From positions 3,379 to 67,378 of the forward strand of contig CACJED010000001.1 in the NCBI GenBank assembly GCA_902592285.1: a stretch of 64,000 bases of DNA, written 5' to 3'. Source of the stretch: an uncultured Pelagibacteraceae bacterium (GTDB taxonomy: Bacteria; Pseudomonadota; Alphaproteobacteria; Pelagibacterales; Pelagibacteraceae). The translations under genes and the position numbers were made by a program. Under the pieces are notes generated by a model. It was given only the letters and a program-made list of their open reading frames with translations, was not told the DNA's origin and searched no databases. Positions 1-11,046 of the stretch are shown here, in pieces. The stretch's first letter is position 1, and the number at the start of each line of letters is the position of its first letter.

Positions 1-16
1 TCTTTGATAGGTCTAT

Positions 17-550
17 ATGATTGAAAAAAAAAAGCTGACCCCTTTATTATTAGGTGGAATTTTTATTTTGATGTTAGGCCTATCCTACGCAGCAGTACCT
101 TTATATGATTTATTTTGTAGAGTAACTGGCTTTGGAGGAACAACTCAAGTATCTAGCAATGCTCCAAAAATAGTATTAGATAAAGTAGTAAGTGTAAGAT
201 TTGATACTAATGTTAATAACTTACCATGGGACTTTAAGGCTAAATTAAATGTCATAGATGTAAAAGTTGGTGAGGTAAATAAAATAGAGTTTGAGGTAAC
301 AAATTACAGCGATGAACCCACAGCAGGAGTGGCGAGTTTTAACGTTTCACCTTCAAGTTTCGGTAAATATTATAGTAAATTAGGTTGTTTTTGTTTTGAA
401 AAACAAGAATTAAAAGCTGGAGAAAAAGCCACATATGTAATGACCTTTTATTTAGATCCTGAAATGGTGAATGACCCAACTGTAAAAAATTTAGAAGATG
501 TAACTATGTCGTATACTTTTTTCTCGACAGATTACTATAAACAATCATAA
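17..550 (+). CDS. ctaG: cytochrome c oxidase assembly protein CtaG/Cox11
   Basis: YAAVPLYDLFCRVTGFGGT and CFCF copper-binding motif; upstream of cox3. Confidence 0.96.
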   Translation: MIEKKKLTPLLLGGIFILMLGLSYAAVPLYDLFCRVTGFGGTTQVSSNAPKIVLDKVVSVRFDTNVNNLPWDFKAKLNVIDVKVGEVNKIEFEVTNYSDEPTAGVASFNVSPSSFGKYYSKLGCFCFEKQELKAGEKATYVMTFYLDPEMVNDPTVKNLEDVTMSYTFFSTDYYKQS

Positions 551-559
551 TCCAAAAAA

Positions 560-1348
560 ATGTCAGCAGAAAAAAAACATGATTATCACTTAGTAGATCC
601 AAGTCCTTGGCCTATATACGTTTCTTTCTCATGTTTGGTTTTGGCGTTGGGTGCAGTTTATTATATGCACTCAGATATATCATGGGGCATGTATCTTGGA
701 TTTGCTTTGTTGATTTATGGAGCTTATATGTGGTTTAGAGACGTGGTAATAGAAGCTGAGCATCAAGGACATCATACTCCAGTAGTACAAATACATCATC
801 GTTATGGAATGACTTTATTTATTGCATCAGAGGTGATGTTTTTTGTTGCATGGTTTTGGGCTTATTTTGATGTAAGTCTCTTTCCAAATGAATTTGTTGG
901 AAATGTTTGGCCACCCAAGGATATTGAAACATTTGATCCTTGGGATATTCCATTAATAAACACATTAGTATTATTGCTATCAGGAACAACTGTTACTTGG
1001 TCTCATCACGCACTTTTAGAAGGTGATAGAAAAAGTTTTATTCAAGGTTTAGTTTTAACTGTAATATTAGGAGTTTGTTTTACTGCACTTCAGGCTTACG
1101 AGTATCATCATGCAACTTTCTCATTTTCTGATCATATATATGGCTCAGTATTTTATATGGCTACAGGATTTCATGGATTTCATGTAATTGTAGGTACAAT
1201 ATTTTTAGCTGTATGTTTGTGGAGAGGAAAATTAGGTCACTTTAATAAAGATCATCATTTTGGTTTTGAAGCAGCTGCTTGGTATTGGCACTTTGTTGAT
1301 GTGGTATGGTTATTTTTATTTGCTGCAATATATATTTGGGGAAGTTAA
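560..1348 (+). CDS. ctaE: cytochrome c oxidase subunit III
   Basis: HLVDPSPWP, ATGFHGFHV, AWYWHFVDVVWLFLF motifs. Confidence 0.97.
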   Translation: MSAEKKHDYHLVDPSPWPIYVSFSCLVLALGAVYYMHSDISWGMYLGFALLIYGAYMWFRDVVIEAEHQGHHTPVVQIHHRYGMTLFIASEVMFFVAWFWAYFDVSLFPNEFVGNVWPPKDIETFDPWDIPLINTLVLLLSGTTVTWSHHALLEGDRKSFIQGLVLTVILGVCFTALQAYEYHHATFSFSDHIYGSVFYMATGFHGFHVIVGTIFLAVCLWRGKLGHFNKDHHFGFEAAAWYWHFVDVVWLFLFAAIYIWGS

Positions 1349-1359
1349 TTTTTTGCCTC

Positions 1360-2013
1360 TTGAAAAATAAGTTTTTATTTTCAGTTTTTGTTTTTTCGTT
1401 CATATTGATTTTTATATCTTTAGGTTTATGGCAGATAATTCGCTTAGAATGGAAAAACGATTTAATTTTAGAAATTGAAAACTCAATAAAGAAACCTCCT
1501 ATTAAATTAGCTAATTCGAATAAAAAAAATTATTTGAGAATTAAAACTTCTGGTAATATTGATTTTAATAAGCAAATTTATCTCTACAATTTAAACGATG
1601 AGGGAATACCGGGTTTTGAAGTTATTAATCCTATTTTGATTAATAATGAAAATTTTTTAATAAATAGAGGATGGATACCATTTGAAAAAAAAGGGTTAGA
1701 ACAGATAAATCTAATTGATGAAAACAACATTATAGGAACTTTAAAATTACAAGGAAGAAAAAATATTTTTAAACCTGATAATGATATTAAAGAAAATTAT
1801 TGGTTTAGCTTAAATAGAGAAGATATTTTAAAGTTTACAGGAAAAAAATTTTCTAAATATATAATCTATTTGGATGGAAATTATCAATTTCCCAAACCAA
1901 AAAAAATTACTGCAAATATTTCTAATAATCATAAAAAATACGCTATTACTTGGTTTTCATTAGCGATTTCAATTCTTATGCTATATTTATATTTTAGAAA
2001 AAAGAATTTTTAA
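1360..2013 (+). CDS. SURF1/Shy1 family cytochrome oxidase biogenesis protein
   Basis: LGLWQ..R..WK, INRGWIP, NNHxxYAITWF motifs; start placed at in-frame TTG 1360 rather than 1306. Confidence 0.92.
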   Translation: MKNKFLFSVFVFSFILIFISLGLWQIIRLEWKNDLILEIENSIKKPPIKLANSNKKNYLRIKTSGNIDFNKQIYLYNLNDEGIPGFEVINPILINNENFLINRGWIPFEKKGLEQINLIDENNIIGTLKLQGRKNIFKPDNDIKENYWFSLNREDILKFTGKKFSKYIIYLDGNYQFPKPKKITANISNNHKKYAITWFSLAISILMLYLYFRKKNF

Positions 2014-3393
2014 ATGGACTACGTAAGTACTAGAAACAACTCAGAAAGCCTAAAATTTAAGGATATTTTTATTAAAGGTTTAGCAGATGATGGAGGTTTA
2101 TTTCTCCCTAAATCACTTCATAAATACAATCAAAGTGATTTACTTGAGTTTAAAAAACTTGAATACAACGAACTAGCTAAAAAAATTATCTATCCTTTTA
2201 TTGGCGATTTTATGAGTGAAAATGATTTGAGTAGAATTATCGATAAGTCTTATTCTGTTTTTAGAAAAAAAAATGTAGTCAATTTAGTCGAAATTGGTGA
2301 TCGATCTATACTAGAATTATTTCATGGACCCACATTAGCTTTTAAAGATATTGCCATGCAACTTTTAGGTAATTTTTATGATTATTATCTTAATAATGAA
2401 AATGAAAAAATAAACATAGTTGTAGCTACTTCAGGTGATACGGGAGCTGCAGCTATTGATGCTATTAAAGGTAAAAAGAATGTTAATATTTTTGTTCTGC
2501 ATCCTAATAATCGAATTTCGCCTATTCAAAGAAGATTAATGACAACAGGTAAAGATAATAATGTTTTTAATATTGCTATAGAGGGAAATTTTGATGATTG
2601 TCAAAATTTAGTGAAAGCAATGTTTGCCGATAAAACGTTTTCAAGTGATATAAAAATGTCAGGTGTCAATTCAATTAACTGGGCAAGAATTATTGCCCAA
2701 TGTGTATATTATTTTTATTGCTTCTCTTTAATTGAAGATAATAAAGCACCTGTAAACTTTTCAGTTCCTACTGGAAATTTTGGCGATGTATACGCAGGCT
2801 ATCTGGCTAAAAAAATTGGACTACCAATTAATAAATTTATTGTTGCAACAAATCAAAATGATATTTTATATAGAGCAATTACAAAGGGTGATTATCATGT
2901 TGAAGATGTTCTAGAAACTATTTCGCCAAGTATGGACATCCAAATAGCTAGTAACTTTGAAAGACTTATTTATGACTTAAATGATCAAAACGATTTAAGA
3001 ACAGCTGATGTAATGAAAAATATAAAAGAAAAAGGAAAATATGAAATTAATAAAGAAAATTTAGATAAAATTAATTTAAATTTTTTATCATCAAGATTGG
3101 ATGAAAATGAAGTTTTAAATGTAATCAAAACTATTTATCAAAAATTTGATATTGTATTAGACCCTCATAGCGCAATAGGTTATGGTGCTTTTGATAAAGT
3201 AAATATTAAAGGGAATAATATCGTATTAGCGACAGCACATCCGTGTAAGTTTCCAGAGGCAATTGAAAAAGCAATTAATTTAAAAGTAGAATTACCAAAA
3301 GAAATAGCATTTGTTTTGAATGAAAAGGAAAATTATGATATTGTTGAAAATAATTTAAATTCGATCAAGCAACATATTAAAGAAAGAGTGTAA
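2014..3393 (+). CDS. thrC: threonine synthase
   Basis: ELFHGPTLAFKD PLP-lysine motif, ATSGDTG, NSINWARI, PTGNFG. Confidence 0.97.
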   Translation: MDYVSTRNNSESLKFKDIFIKGLADDGGLFLPKSLHKYNQSDLLEFKKLEYNELAKKIIYPFIGDFMSENDLSRIIDKSYSVFRKKNVVNLVEIGDRSILELFHGPTLAFKDIAMQLLGNFYDYYLNNENEKINIVVATSGDTGAAAIDAIKGKKNVNIFVLHPNNRISPIQRRLMTTGKDNNVFNIAIEGNFDDCQNLVKAMFADKTFSSDIKMSGVNSINWARIIAQCVYYFYCFSLIEDNKAPVNFSVPTGNFGDVYAGYLAKKIGLPINKFIVATNQNDILYRAITKGDYHVEDVLETISPSMDIQIASNFERLIYDLNDQNDLRTADVMKNIKEKGKYEINKENLDKINLNFLSSRLDENEVLNVIKTIYQKFDIVLDPHSAIGYGAFDKVNIKGNNIVLATAHPCKFPEAIEKAINLKVELPKEIAFVLNEKENYDIVENNLNSIKQHIKERV

Positions 3394-3878
3394 TGAAGTT
3401 GAAAGAAAATGAAAATATACCAGATTCAAAAGTTTTTATTCTGGAAAATGGCAAGGCTGCAAAAAAAGATATAGTAGATTTTTTAAAAGATAAAAAGGTA
3501 ATAATATTTGGTTTACCAGGAGCTTATACTTCAGTTTGTTCTGCTAAACATTTACCAGGTTATATTAATTTATATGAAAAATTTAAGAACAAAGGAATTG
3601 ATTCTATAATTTGTATTTCAGTAAATGATCCATTCGTAATGAATGCTTGGGGTAAGGAAAATAATGTTGGTGAAAAAATTGAAATGATTGGAGATCCTTA
3701 CTTAAATTTTACCAAAGCTATTGGTGCTGAAGTAGATAAAGGTGAAAAAGGGCTTGGTATTAGATCTAACAGGTACACTATGTTGGTTGACAATTTGAAA
3801 GTAATTAAACTACAAGAGGAAAAAGATACAGGTACTTGTGAAATGTCTTCAGCAGAAAATTTTTTTGAATTAATCTAA
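3393..3878 (+). CDS. peroxiredoxin (Prx5/type II family)
   Basis: PGAYTSVCSAKHLPG, VNDPFVM, RSNRY motifs. Confidence 0.93.
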   Translation: MKLKENENIPDSKVFILENGKAAKKDIVDFLKDKKVIIFGLPGAYTSVCSAKHLPGYINLYEKFKNKGIDSIICISVNDPFVMNAWGKENNVGEKIEMIGDPYLNFTKAIGAEVDKGEKGLGIRSNRYTMLVDNLKVIKLQEEKDTGTCEMSSAENFFELI

Positions 3879-4295
3879 ATTAGCCGCCTTTTTAGCCATT
3901 AAATCAACTTCTTCGTTAATTGGATCGCCAGAATGAGCTTTAACCCAATTCCATTTAATATTGAGTGATTGGTTGAGATTATGGAGCTCAAGCCATAAAT
4001 CTTTGTTTTTCACATCTTCTTTTTTTGAAGTTTTCCAACTATTTTTTATCCAAGTATTGATCCACTCAGTTATTCCCAATTTTACATACTGAGAGTCGGT
4101 ATAAATCTCAATTTCTTTGTTTATACCTATCTCTTTTAAAGCATTAATAGGAGCCATTAACTCCATTCTATTATTTGTTGTATCTTTTTCATTACCACTG
4201 ATTTTTTTAACATTGCCATTATCATTGATGATTGCTGCCCAACCTCCATTACCAGGATTTTCCAAACAAGATCCATCAGTATAAATTTTAATCAT
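3870..4295 (-). CDS. rnhA: ribonuclease HI
   Basis: IYTDGSC, TTNNRMEL, TDSQYV, WVKAH. Confidence 0.97.
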   Translation of the reverse strand: MIKIYTDGSCLENPGNGGWAAIINDNGNVKKISGNEKDTTNNRMELMAPINALKEIGINKEIEIYTDSQYVKLGITEWINTWIKNSWKTSKKEDVKNKDLWLELHNLNQSLNIKWNWVKAHSGDPINEEVDLMAKKAANLD

Positions 4296-5260
4296 TATTT
4301 TAAATAATCTTTATAAGTCTTTAAATTGTTGTGTATCACAAGTTTTTGATAATATTCCCTAGGATCTTTTATTTTAATGAGTGCTGTCTTGGGGGTATTT
4401 GTATAATCATATAGTCTTGTTAGAAAATATCTCATAGCAGCGCCACGGCATAAGATATTCAAAAATTTCTTCTCTTTATTTGAGATCTTTTTAATACTTT
4501 CATAGCCATTTATTAAATTTCTTATTTTCTTTTTATTTATTTCAAATTTTGAATTTTTCTTTTCAAAACACAAAGCATTAACACATATAGCAATTTCATA
4601 CATAAAGTAATCATTAGCTGCAAAGTAAAAATCAATTAAACCAGATAATTTGTTGTTTTGAAAAAAAATATTATCTATAAATAAATCTCCATGAATTATT
4701 CCACTAGGTAATTTTCTGGGCCATTTTTTTTTGATATCTTTATAATTTTTTTTAAGGAATTTTTCTATGTTAGAAAACTTTTTTGTTTTAAACTTAATAC
4801 TGTTTAATAAAGGATTAAGACTATTAATACTCATAGAGTTTTTTCTAAAAAGATTCATTTTTTTTGTAGATAAATGCATTTCAGCAATAGTTTTTCCAAT
4901 ATCATAACAATTTTTTAAATTAAGCGATTTTTTATCTTTTCCTTTAAGGAAAGATACAACACAGGCAGTTTTATTTCTAATTTTAAGTAAATAAGAACCA
5001 TCTTTATTTTTAAGAGGTTTTGGACAATTTATTTTTGAATCATTTAATTGATCCATTAATTTCATAAAAAAAGGTATCTCTTTTTTAAAAACTCGCTTTT
5101 CAAAAATTGTTAGTATAAATTTTTGATGTTTTGATATTAATAAATAATTTGTATTTTCAATTCCTTGTTTAATACCTTTAAAATTGACAATTTTTTCAAT
5201 TTGAAATTTTTCATTAATATGAGAGATATCTTTTTTATTTATCTTTGTATAAACAGCCAT
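4295..5260 (-). CDS. thrB: homoserine kinase (type II, APH-like)
   Basis: MAVYT start, GIENTNY, IHGDLFIDN, RYFLTRLYD; ispH-thrB-rnhA order typical of alphaproteobacteria. Confidence 0.95.
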   Translation of the reverse strand: MAVYTKINKKDISHINEKFQIEKIVNFKGIKQGIENTNYLLISKHQKFILTIFEKRVFKKEIPFFMKLMDQLNDSKINCPKPLKNKDGSYLLKIRNKTACVVSFLKGKDKKSLNLKNCYDIGKTIAEMHLSTKKMNLFRKNSMSINSLNPLLNSIKFKTKKFSNIEKFLKKNYKDIKKKWPRKLPSGIIHGDLFIDNIFFQNNKLSGLIDFYFAANDYFMYEIAICVNALCFEKKNSKFEINKKKIRNLINGYESIKKISNKEKKFLNILCRGAAMRYFLTRLYDYTNTPKTALIKIKDPREYYQKLVIHNNLKTYKDYLK

Positions 5261-5261
5261 T

Positions 5262-6206
5262 TTAATTTAATTTTTTCGGAACTTTGAAAACCACGTCTTC
5301 TTTAATTATTTCTACTTCATTTATAGTTACAGTAAATCTATTTTTTAATTCACTTATAAAATTATTAACTAAAACTTCAGGAGCTGAAGCACCAGAAGAA
5401 ATACCTATCGTATTTGAGTTTTCGATCAGATCAAATGGAATTTCACTTTGTGAATGAATCAACAGTGTATTAGAGCACCCAGATTTCTTAGCTACTTCTA
5501 CCAGTCTCACTGAATTAGAAGAGTTTCTACTGCCTATCACAAAAAATAAATCACATTTTTTTGCAATATTCTTAACAGCCATTTGTCTATTTGTTGTGGC
5601 ATAACAAATATCTTCTTTTAAAGGTTCTCTTATATTTGGAAATCTATCTTTCAAAATTTGAATTATATCTTTAGTATCATCAACAGATAATGTTGTTTGT
5701 GTGACATAAGAAATTTTTTTGTGATTTTGAGTTTTATATTTTTTTGCCTCATCTTCATTTTGAACTAAATCAATAGATCCTTTTGGCAATTGGCCCATGG
5801 TACCAATTACTTCAGGATGATTTTGATGTCCTATTAAAATTAAATGGTATCCAGCTTTATTGAGATTTTCAGCTTCTCTATGTACTTTTGATACTAATGG
5901 GCATGTAGCATCAATGTATGTCATATTATATTTCTTTGCATCTTCAGGTATTTTTTTTGGAACACCGTGAGCTGAAAAAATAACTGGTCTAGTTTTATCA
6001 TCTATTTCTTCAAGCTCTTCTACAAAGATAGCTCCTTTATTTTTCAAATCATCAACTACATATTTATTGTGAACTATTTCATGCCGAACATAAACAGGAG
6101 CACCATATTTTTGAATTGATTTTTCAACAATTTCTATAGCTCTTTCAACTCCTGCACAAAAACCTCTTGGAGCAGAAAGTAATATTTTTAATTCTTTATT
6201 TTTCAT
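5262..6206 (-). CDS. ispH: 4-hydroxy-3-methylbut-2-enyl diphosphate reductase
   Basis: PRGFCAGV, DATCPLV, DICYATTNRQ, SSN motifs; start may be 6206 or 6215. Confidence 0.97.
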   Translation of the reverse strand: MKNKELKILLSAPRGFCAGVERAIEIVEKSIQKYGAPVYVRHEIVHNKYVVDDLKNKGAIFVEELEEIDDKTRPVIFSAHGVPKKIPEDAKKYNMTYIDATCPLVSKVHREAENLNKAGYHLILIGHQNHPEVIGTMGQLPKGSIDLVQNEDEAKKYKTQNHKKISYVTQTTLSVDDTKDIIQILKDRFPNIREPLKEDICYATTNRQMAVKNIAKKCDLFFVIGSRNSSNSVRLVEVAKKSGCSNTLLIHSQSEIPFDLIENSNTIGISSGASAPEVLVNNFISELKNRFTVTINEVEIIKEDVVFKVPKKLN

Positions 6207-7131
6207 TTTTTTCAATCAAGTATTCAAGCAATATATGTGGAAAGGTTAAAGACGCCAAACCTATAAATATAATTTTAAGAATTGAACTGTCAAAATTATA
6301 ATTATTATTGACCATATAAAGACCAATTAAACAAATAATAGCAGTAAGAATTGTCAAGGGTAAAGCTTTTTGAATAAAAATTTTTAATCCATTAACGAGT
6401 TTATCTTTATCTAATTCAGATATTAAGGAAATACTGTGCCTTATTGAATGTAAAAAGCAGAAATAAATTGTAAAAGCTACTAAAGGAGAAAAATAGTAAT
6501 TTATTATGAGGATTGAAAAATAATCTAAAAAAATTGTGAATTTTTTAATTTCAAAATTTTTTGCAAATAACAATATACTTGATAAAGTTGAAAGGATAAT
6601 ACAGTAAAACAAAATTTTATTGGTTTCTAAAAAATTTAAAAATTGATAGAAAATTTCATTATCAATTAACAATAATTTAAATATTGATATTGTTTCATCA
6701 AAATTAAAATACATTGGTGCAAAAATTATTAATGAACCTTTAAAGAAAAATAATAATCGATAAAAATATGAATTTTCAATTATTAAGAATTGAGTATCCT
6801 CTTTACCAAAATGATATGAAGCTACAATTAAAAAAATTATCAGAGAAATAGACGGTAGGATTATCCAAAAAAATATTACACTCAGAGAGATTAAAATGTA
6901 TGATAAATAAAAAATTCCAAAGTTATTAATTCCATAAATTTGAAAAAGTTTTTTTCCTTTAAGATTATCGAGTGATCCATGCGAAACACCAATAGATAAA
7001 ATTAAAAATAAACAAATTAATGGAGAAATTACAATATAAGAAATTTTAAATGTTATTATAGAACAAACATTACAAAATAAAAAAAAGATAAAAGAATGTT
7101 TTAAATTTATTTTTTTAATCTGACTATTCAT
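6196..7131 (-). CDS. blh: beta-carotene 15,15'-dioxygenase (Brp/Blh family)
   Basis: membrane protein with GVSHGSLD, YHFG, HSIRH, LTFPH histidine motifs; follows crtY. Confidence 0.95.
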   Translation of the reverse strand: MNSQIKKINLKHSFIFFLFCNVCSIITFKISYIVISPLICLFLILSIGVSHGSLDNLKGKKLFQIYGINNFGIFYLSYILISLSVIFFWIILPSISLIIFLIVASYHFGKEDTQFLIIENSYFYRLLFFFKGSLIIFAPMYFNFDETISIFKLLLIDNEIFYQFLNFLETNKILFYCIILSTLSSILLFAKNFEIKKFTIFLDYFSILIINYYFSPLVAFTIYFCFLHSIRHSISLISELDKDKLVNGLKIFIQKALPLTILTAIICLIGLYMVNNNYNFDSSILKIIFIGLASLTFPHILLEYLIEKNEK

Positions 7132-7143
7132 TTCTTCATACGG

Positions 7144-8211
7144 CTAATAAAACAAAGCTTTAATAAAAGTTGTCTTTGGCATTTTTAGAATTATAGATAA
7201 ATCCTCCAAAAAATTACTTTTATTAGATAAAAATTTTATAACAGTCTTTGGCGAGCTCTTAAACATTTTGAAGAAAATTTCAGGCATCATCTCAGGATTT
7301 TGATCTAAAACTCCTAAAAAAATATTATCTAAGAATTGATATTTTTTGTCTATCTCAAATTTTTTAGCATTTGAAATATTTTCAATATTTTTACATATAT
7401 ATTTACTGTGTTCCTGAATATTAAGAAAAGTATAACCCGTGCTTAATCTGGTCATACCTCCAGCAGTTCCAATATTTATTTTGTTTTTTTGTTTTTCATA
7501 TGTTGGGTAGAATAAAGGTATTGCACCTTCCTCTTTATACATGATTTTGTAATTTTTTAATTTTAAATTATTTTCGATATAATTTTTTATTTGACTATCG
7601 TAATCTTTTTGTAAACTGTCATTCATCCTTGATAGCCAAGTAGTTTCAACTAAAGCTGTATTTTTAGAGTAGGGAAGTGTGTAAAAAAAATGAACACTTT
7701 CTCTTTGATCACAGTCAAAATCCATAAGATTAAAGATTTCATCATCAAAAAAATTGTTTTGACATTCAATTTCCACCCCACAAAAATGTTGCCAAAGGTT
7801 ACGATGATCTTTTTTAATCGATGGAACACTATTAAAAACAAAAGAATTTTTTGAATTAATTTCACTTATATCTTTAAAGAAAGAAATATTTTTGTTTTCT
7901 TTTAATTTATTATTAATTTTTTTATAAAATAAGCCACTATCAACACTTTGATATGGATAACTTACACATTCTAAATGATTAGTTTTTTTTGGAATATTTA
8001 TTGTAAAATTTTTCCAACTTTTCTTAACACAATCATCAAAATTATGAGTTGATACTTTCCAAAAAGACCAAGTTTTATCTTTTTTATATTCTTTTCTTGG
8101 TTCTATAATAGCTAAAGTTTTATCTTTTAACTTTTTATTTATTTCAAGTTCATATGCAAGCGATAAGCCTGCACAACCACCACCAATGATAATATAATCA
8201 AATTCTTTCAT
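7144..8211 (-). CDS. crtY: lycopene beta-cyclase
   Basis: GGGCAGLSLA, DKTWSFW, LMDF, EEGAIP, STGY motifs; in carotenoid cluster. Confidence 0.92.
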   Translation of the reverse strand: MKEFDYIIIGGGCAGLSLAYELEINKKLKDKTLAIIEPRKEYKKDKTWSFWKVSTHNFDDCVKKSWKNFTINIPKKTNHLECVSYPYQSVDSGLFYKKINNKLKENKNISFFKDISEINSKNSFVFNSVPSIKKDHRNLWQHFCGVEIECQNNFFDDEIFNLMDFDCDQRESVHFFYTLPYSKNTALVETTWLSRMNDSLQKDYDSQIKNYIENNLKLKNYKIMYKEEGAIPLFYPTYEKQKNKINIGTAGGMTRLSTGYTFLNIQEHSKYICKNIENISNAKKFEIDKKYQFLDNIFLGVLDQNPEMMPEIFFKMFKSSPKTVIKFLSNKSNFLEDLSIILKMPKTTFIKALFY

Positions 8212-9049
8212 CTAAATTTACTTCTTCATTTATTGAACTATGATCATGTTGTATTTGATCTTCTTTTTTATAACTGAATGATAGTTTAATTAAGTCAAAA
8301 ATTGAAAGAAAAGTCTCTAAAATTTTTTCTGTGTTTGAGACATATACCTTTCCTGAATTTTGATAATTTTGCAAATTTTTTTTACTCAAAATTTTATGTC
8401 CTATTTTTCTATAAATCCTTCTAGCAACCAAAATAGAAAAACGAAAACTTATAGGTATTTCTTTAATAGAATAAAATGAACTTTTATAAAAAGCATCAGC
8501 AAGATAAATAGTTGATGATATTTCTTCAAAATTTTCATTTATATAAAAACGATTATTTTTTGAATCTTCAATTACATCTCTTGATATATTAGTAAGCTGC
8601 ATTGCAATGCCGAGGTCGATAGCTGACTTTAGTGAACTTTTTTTATTTACTTTCAAAATTTTTGCCATCATCAACCCAACAGTCCCAGCCACTCTGTAAG
8701 AATAAATCAACAATTCTTTCTTTGAATTTAATTTAACTTTGTCTTTAATATCTGATTTAATTCCAAATAATAAATCTTGAACAATTTTTAAAGATATCTT
8801 GAACTCTTCAATTAAATCCCACATATTTTTGACGATAGGATCATTCAATCTTTTTTGATTAAAATCATTTTCAAACTGCTCAAATTTTTTTTTTTTATTT
8901 TCTATTTCACCTTCATCGTCTGCAATATTATCTGCAACTCTGCAAAAATCATATAAAGCTGAACACTTTTCTAATGTTTCTCTGGGTAAAAAAAAACCCG
9001 CCCAACTAAATGATTTAGCGTAAACAGATAAGTAACTTTTATTGGACAT
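8198..9049 (-). CDS. crtB: phytoene synthase
   Basis: KSFSWA, YDFCRVADNIADD, YRVAGTVG, QLTNISRDVIED. Confidence 0.95.
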   Translation of the reverse strand: MSNKSYLSVYAKSFSWAGFFLPRETLEKCSALYDFCRVADNIADDEGEIENKKKKFEQFENDFNQKRLNDPIVKNMWDLIEEFKISLKIVQDLLFGIKSDIKDKVKLNSKKELLIYSYRVAGTVGLMMAKILKVNKKSSLKSAIDLGIAMQLTNISRDVIEDSKNNRFYINENFEEISSTIYLADAFYKSSFYSIKEIPISFRFSILVARRIYRKIGHKILSKKNLQNYQNSGKVYVSNTEKILETFLSIFDLIKLSFSYKKEDQIQHDHSSINEEVNLDERI

Positions 9050-10509
9050 TATAAAATTTTATCTATTATTTTCGCAGAAGAAAGCACTCCTGGTACACCA
9101 GCTCCTGGATGAGTACCGGCTCCTACAAAATAAAGTCCATCATATATTTCTGATTTGTTGTGAAATCTAAAATAAGCAGATTGGGAGAATTTAGGCTGAA
9201 TTGAAAAACCTGAACCATATTTAGTATTTAAATCTTTTTCAAAGTAATCTGGTGTTAGATAAAAATCTTCAACTATATTTTCTCTAAGATTTGGCATTAA
9301 ATCTTTTTCCATTTTATCAATTACTAAATTTTTCATTTTTTCTCCTTCATCAGACCAATTGATTTTTGACTGGTTATTTGGTACTGGAACCAAAACATAA
9401 AAACAATCTTGATTTGGAGGAGCCATAGATTTGTCAGTGGCAGATGGTCTGTGAAGGTAATAACTTATATCATTATTTAGTTTTTTATTTTCAAATATAT
9501 CATCAAGATGTTCTTTGTATTTATTGCCAAATTTTATCGTATGATGCTCTATATCATTAAAAGTTTTTTTTGTTCCAAAATAGTAAACGAATAATCCCAT
9601 AGAATATTCCATTCTATTTTTTTTCCATTTAAACATTAGTGAATTATCATTGTTACCATTAAACATTTTTTCATAAACAGCAGGAGGATCTGCATTACAT
9701 ATAATATTGTTAGCTTCTATGATAGATTCATCATCTAATTGAACACCAGTTACCTTTTTTGTATTGGAAATAATTTTTGTTATTTCATGACCTTTTATTA
9801 TTTCTATACCAACCTCATTCATTAGTTTCTCAAAACCTTTTATAATATTACCAGTTCCGCCCATCGAATAATGTATTCCCCACTTTTTTTCTAAATATAA
9901 AATTAATCCATAAATAGAAGTTGTTGTAAAAGGATTGCCTCCAACTAAAAGTGGATGCATACTCAAGATTCTTCTTAGTTTTTCGTTTTTTATATAAGAT
10001 GAAACTAATGAATAAACTGATTTGTAACTTTTAAGTTTTAAAAGTGCTGGCAGTTGTTTAATCATAATTGATGGTTTATCAAAAGGCACAGCTGCAAGCT
10101 CGGTAAAGCCTTTATCAAAAATTTTTTTTGTAAAATTAACTAATTTTTCATAGCCCTCGACATCATCTTTATTTATTTCTTCAATTTGTTTTTTCATATC
10201 AGTTTCATCACCTGAGTAATTAAATTTTGAGCTGTCCTCAAAGACAAATTGATACCAAATTTTGAGTGGAGAAAGTTCAATATAATCTTTTGGATTTTTT
10301 TTAAACAATTCAAATAATTCGTTGATCAAATAGGGTGCAGTAATCACTGTAGGACCACCATCGTAGGTAAAACCATTTTTTTTAAATACTCTTGCTCTAC
10401 CTCCTAGATCAGAGTGTTTTTCAATTAAAGTTACCTTATGGCCTTTAGCCTTTAAACGAAGAGCGGCAGCTATGCCCCCAAAACCTGAGCCTATTACAAC
10501 AGAATTCAT
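9049..10509 (-). CDS. crtI: phytoene desaturase
   Basis: GSGFGG FAD motif, DGGPTVIT, VGAGTHPGAGVPGV C-terminal signature. Confidence 0.96.
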   Translation of the reverse strand: MNSVVIGSGFGGIAAALRLKAKGHKVTLIEKHSDLGGRARVFKKNGFTYDGGPTVITAPYLINELFELFKKNPKDYIELSPLKIWYQFVFEDSSKFNYSGDETDMKKQIEEINKDDVEGYEKLVNFTKKIFDKGFTELAAVPFDKPSIMIKQLPALLKLKSYKSVYSLVSSYIKNEKLRRILSMHPLLVGGNPFTTTSIYGLILYLEKKWGIHYSMGGTGNIIKGFEKLMNEVGIEIIKGHEITKIISNTKKVTGVQLDDESIIEANNIICNADPPAVYEKMFNGNNDNSLMFKWKKNRMEYSMGLFVYYFGTKKTFNDIEHHTIKFGNKYKEHLDDIFENKKLNNDISYYLHRPSATDKSMAPPNQDCFYVLVPVPNNQSKINWSDEGEKMKNLVIDKMEKDLMPNLRENIVEDFYLTPDYFEKDLNTKYGSGFSIQPKFSQSAYFRFHNKSEIYDGLYFVGAGTHPGAGVPGVLSSAKIIDKIL

Positions 10510-10548
10510 TTTAATAATTTATAGTTTTTTAAAATAATTGTAAGAGAA

Positions 10549-11046
10549 TTATGAATTAATTTTTTTCAACTCTTCTTTAGTTTCATCTAAATTTTTTTGA
10601 AATAGTGTTTCAAGCTTAGATTTATCAATAGACGTGGTTATTATTTTTTTTACTGAATCCATAGCAATTTTTATTGAGGCATCTCTAATTTCTTTAATTG
10701 CATTATCTTTCATTTGATTAATTTTATTTTCAGCTAAGTTTTTTTTTAAATCAGAAGATTTATGAAATTTATCATTAAGGTCAATAATGAGTTTATCACT
10801 ATCTTTTTTTGCTTGATTTAAAATTTCATTTTTTACACTTTCCGCAGTATCAAGTTTTTTTTGAGCATTTTCTAATAAAGTTTTTGCCTCTGTTCTTAGT
10901 TTCTCACTTTCATCAATTTCATTTTTTATATCTAAGATAAGTTTATTTAAGATATCATTTATTTTTTGTGGTACTTTTAAATATACTAAGCCTCCAAAAA
11001 AAATTACAAATGAAATTGCTACCCAAAATGTTGAATCAATTACCAT
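10549..11046 (-). CDS. atpF: F0F1 ATP synthase subunit b
   Basis: FWVAISF TM helix followed by coiled coil; likely start MVIDSTFW at 11046. Confidence 0.92.
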   Translation of the reverse strand: MVIDSTFWVAISFVIFFGGLVYLKVPQKINDILNKLILDIKNEIDESEKLRTEAKTLLENAQKKLDTAESVKNEILNQAKKDSDKLIIDLNDKFHKSSDLKKNLAENKINQMKDNAIKEIRDASIKIAMDSVKKIITTSIDKSKLETLFQKNLDETKEELKKINS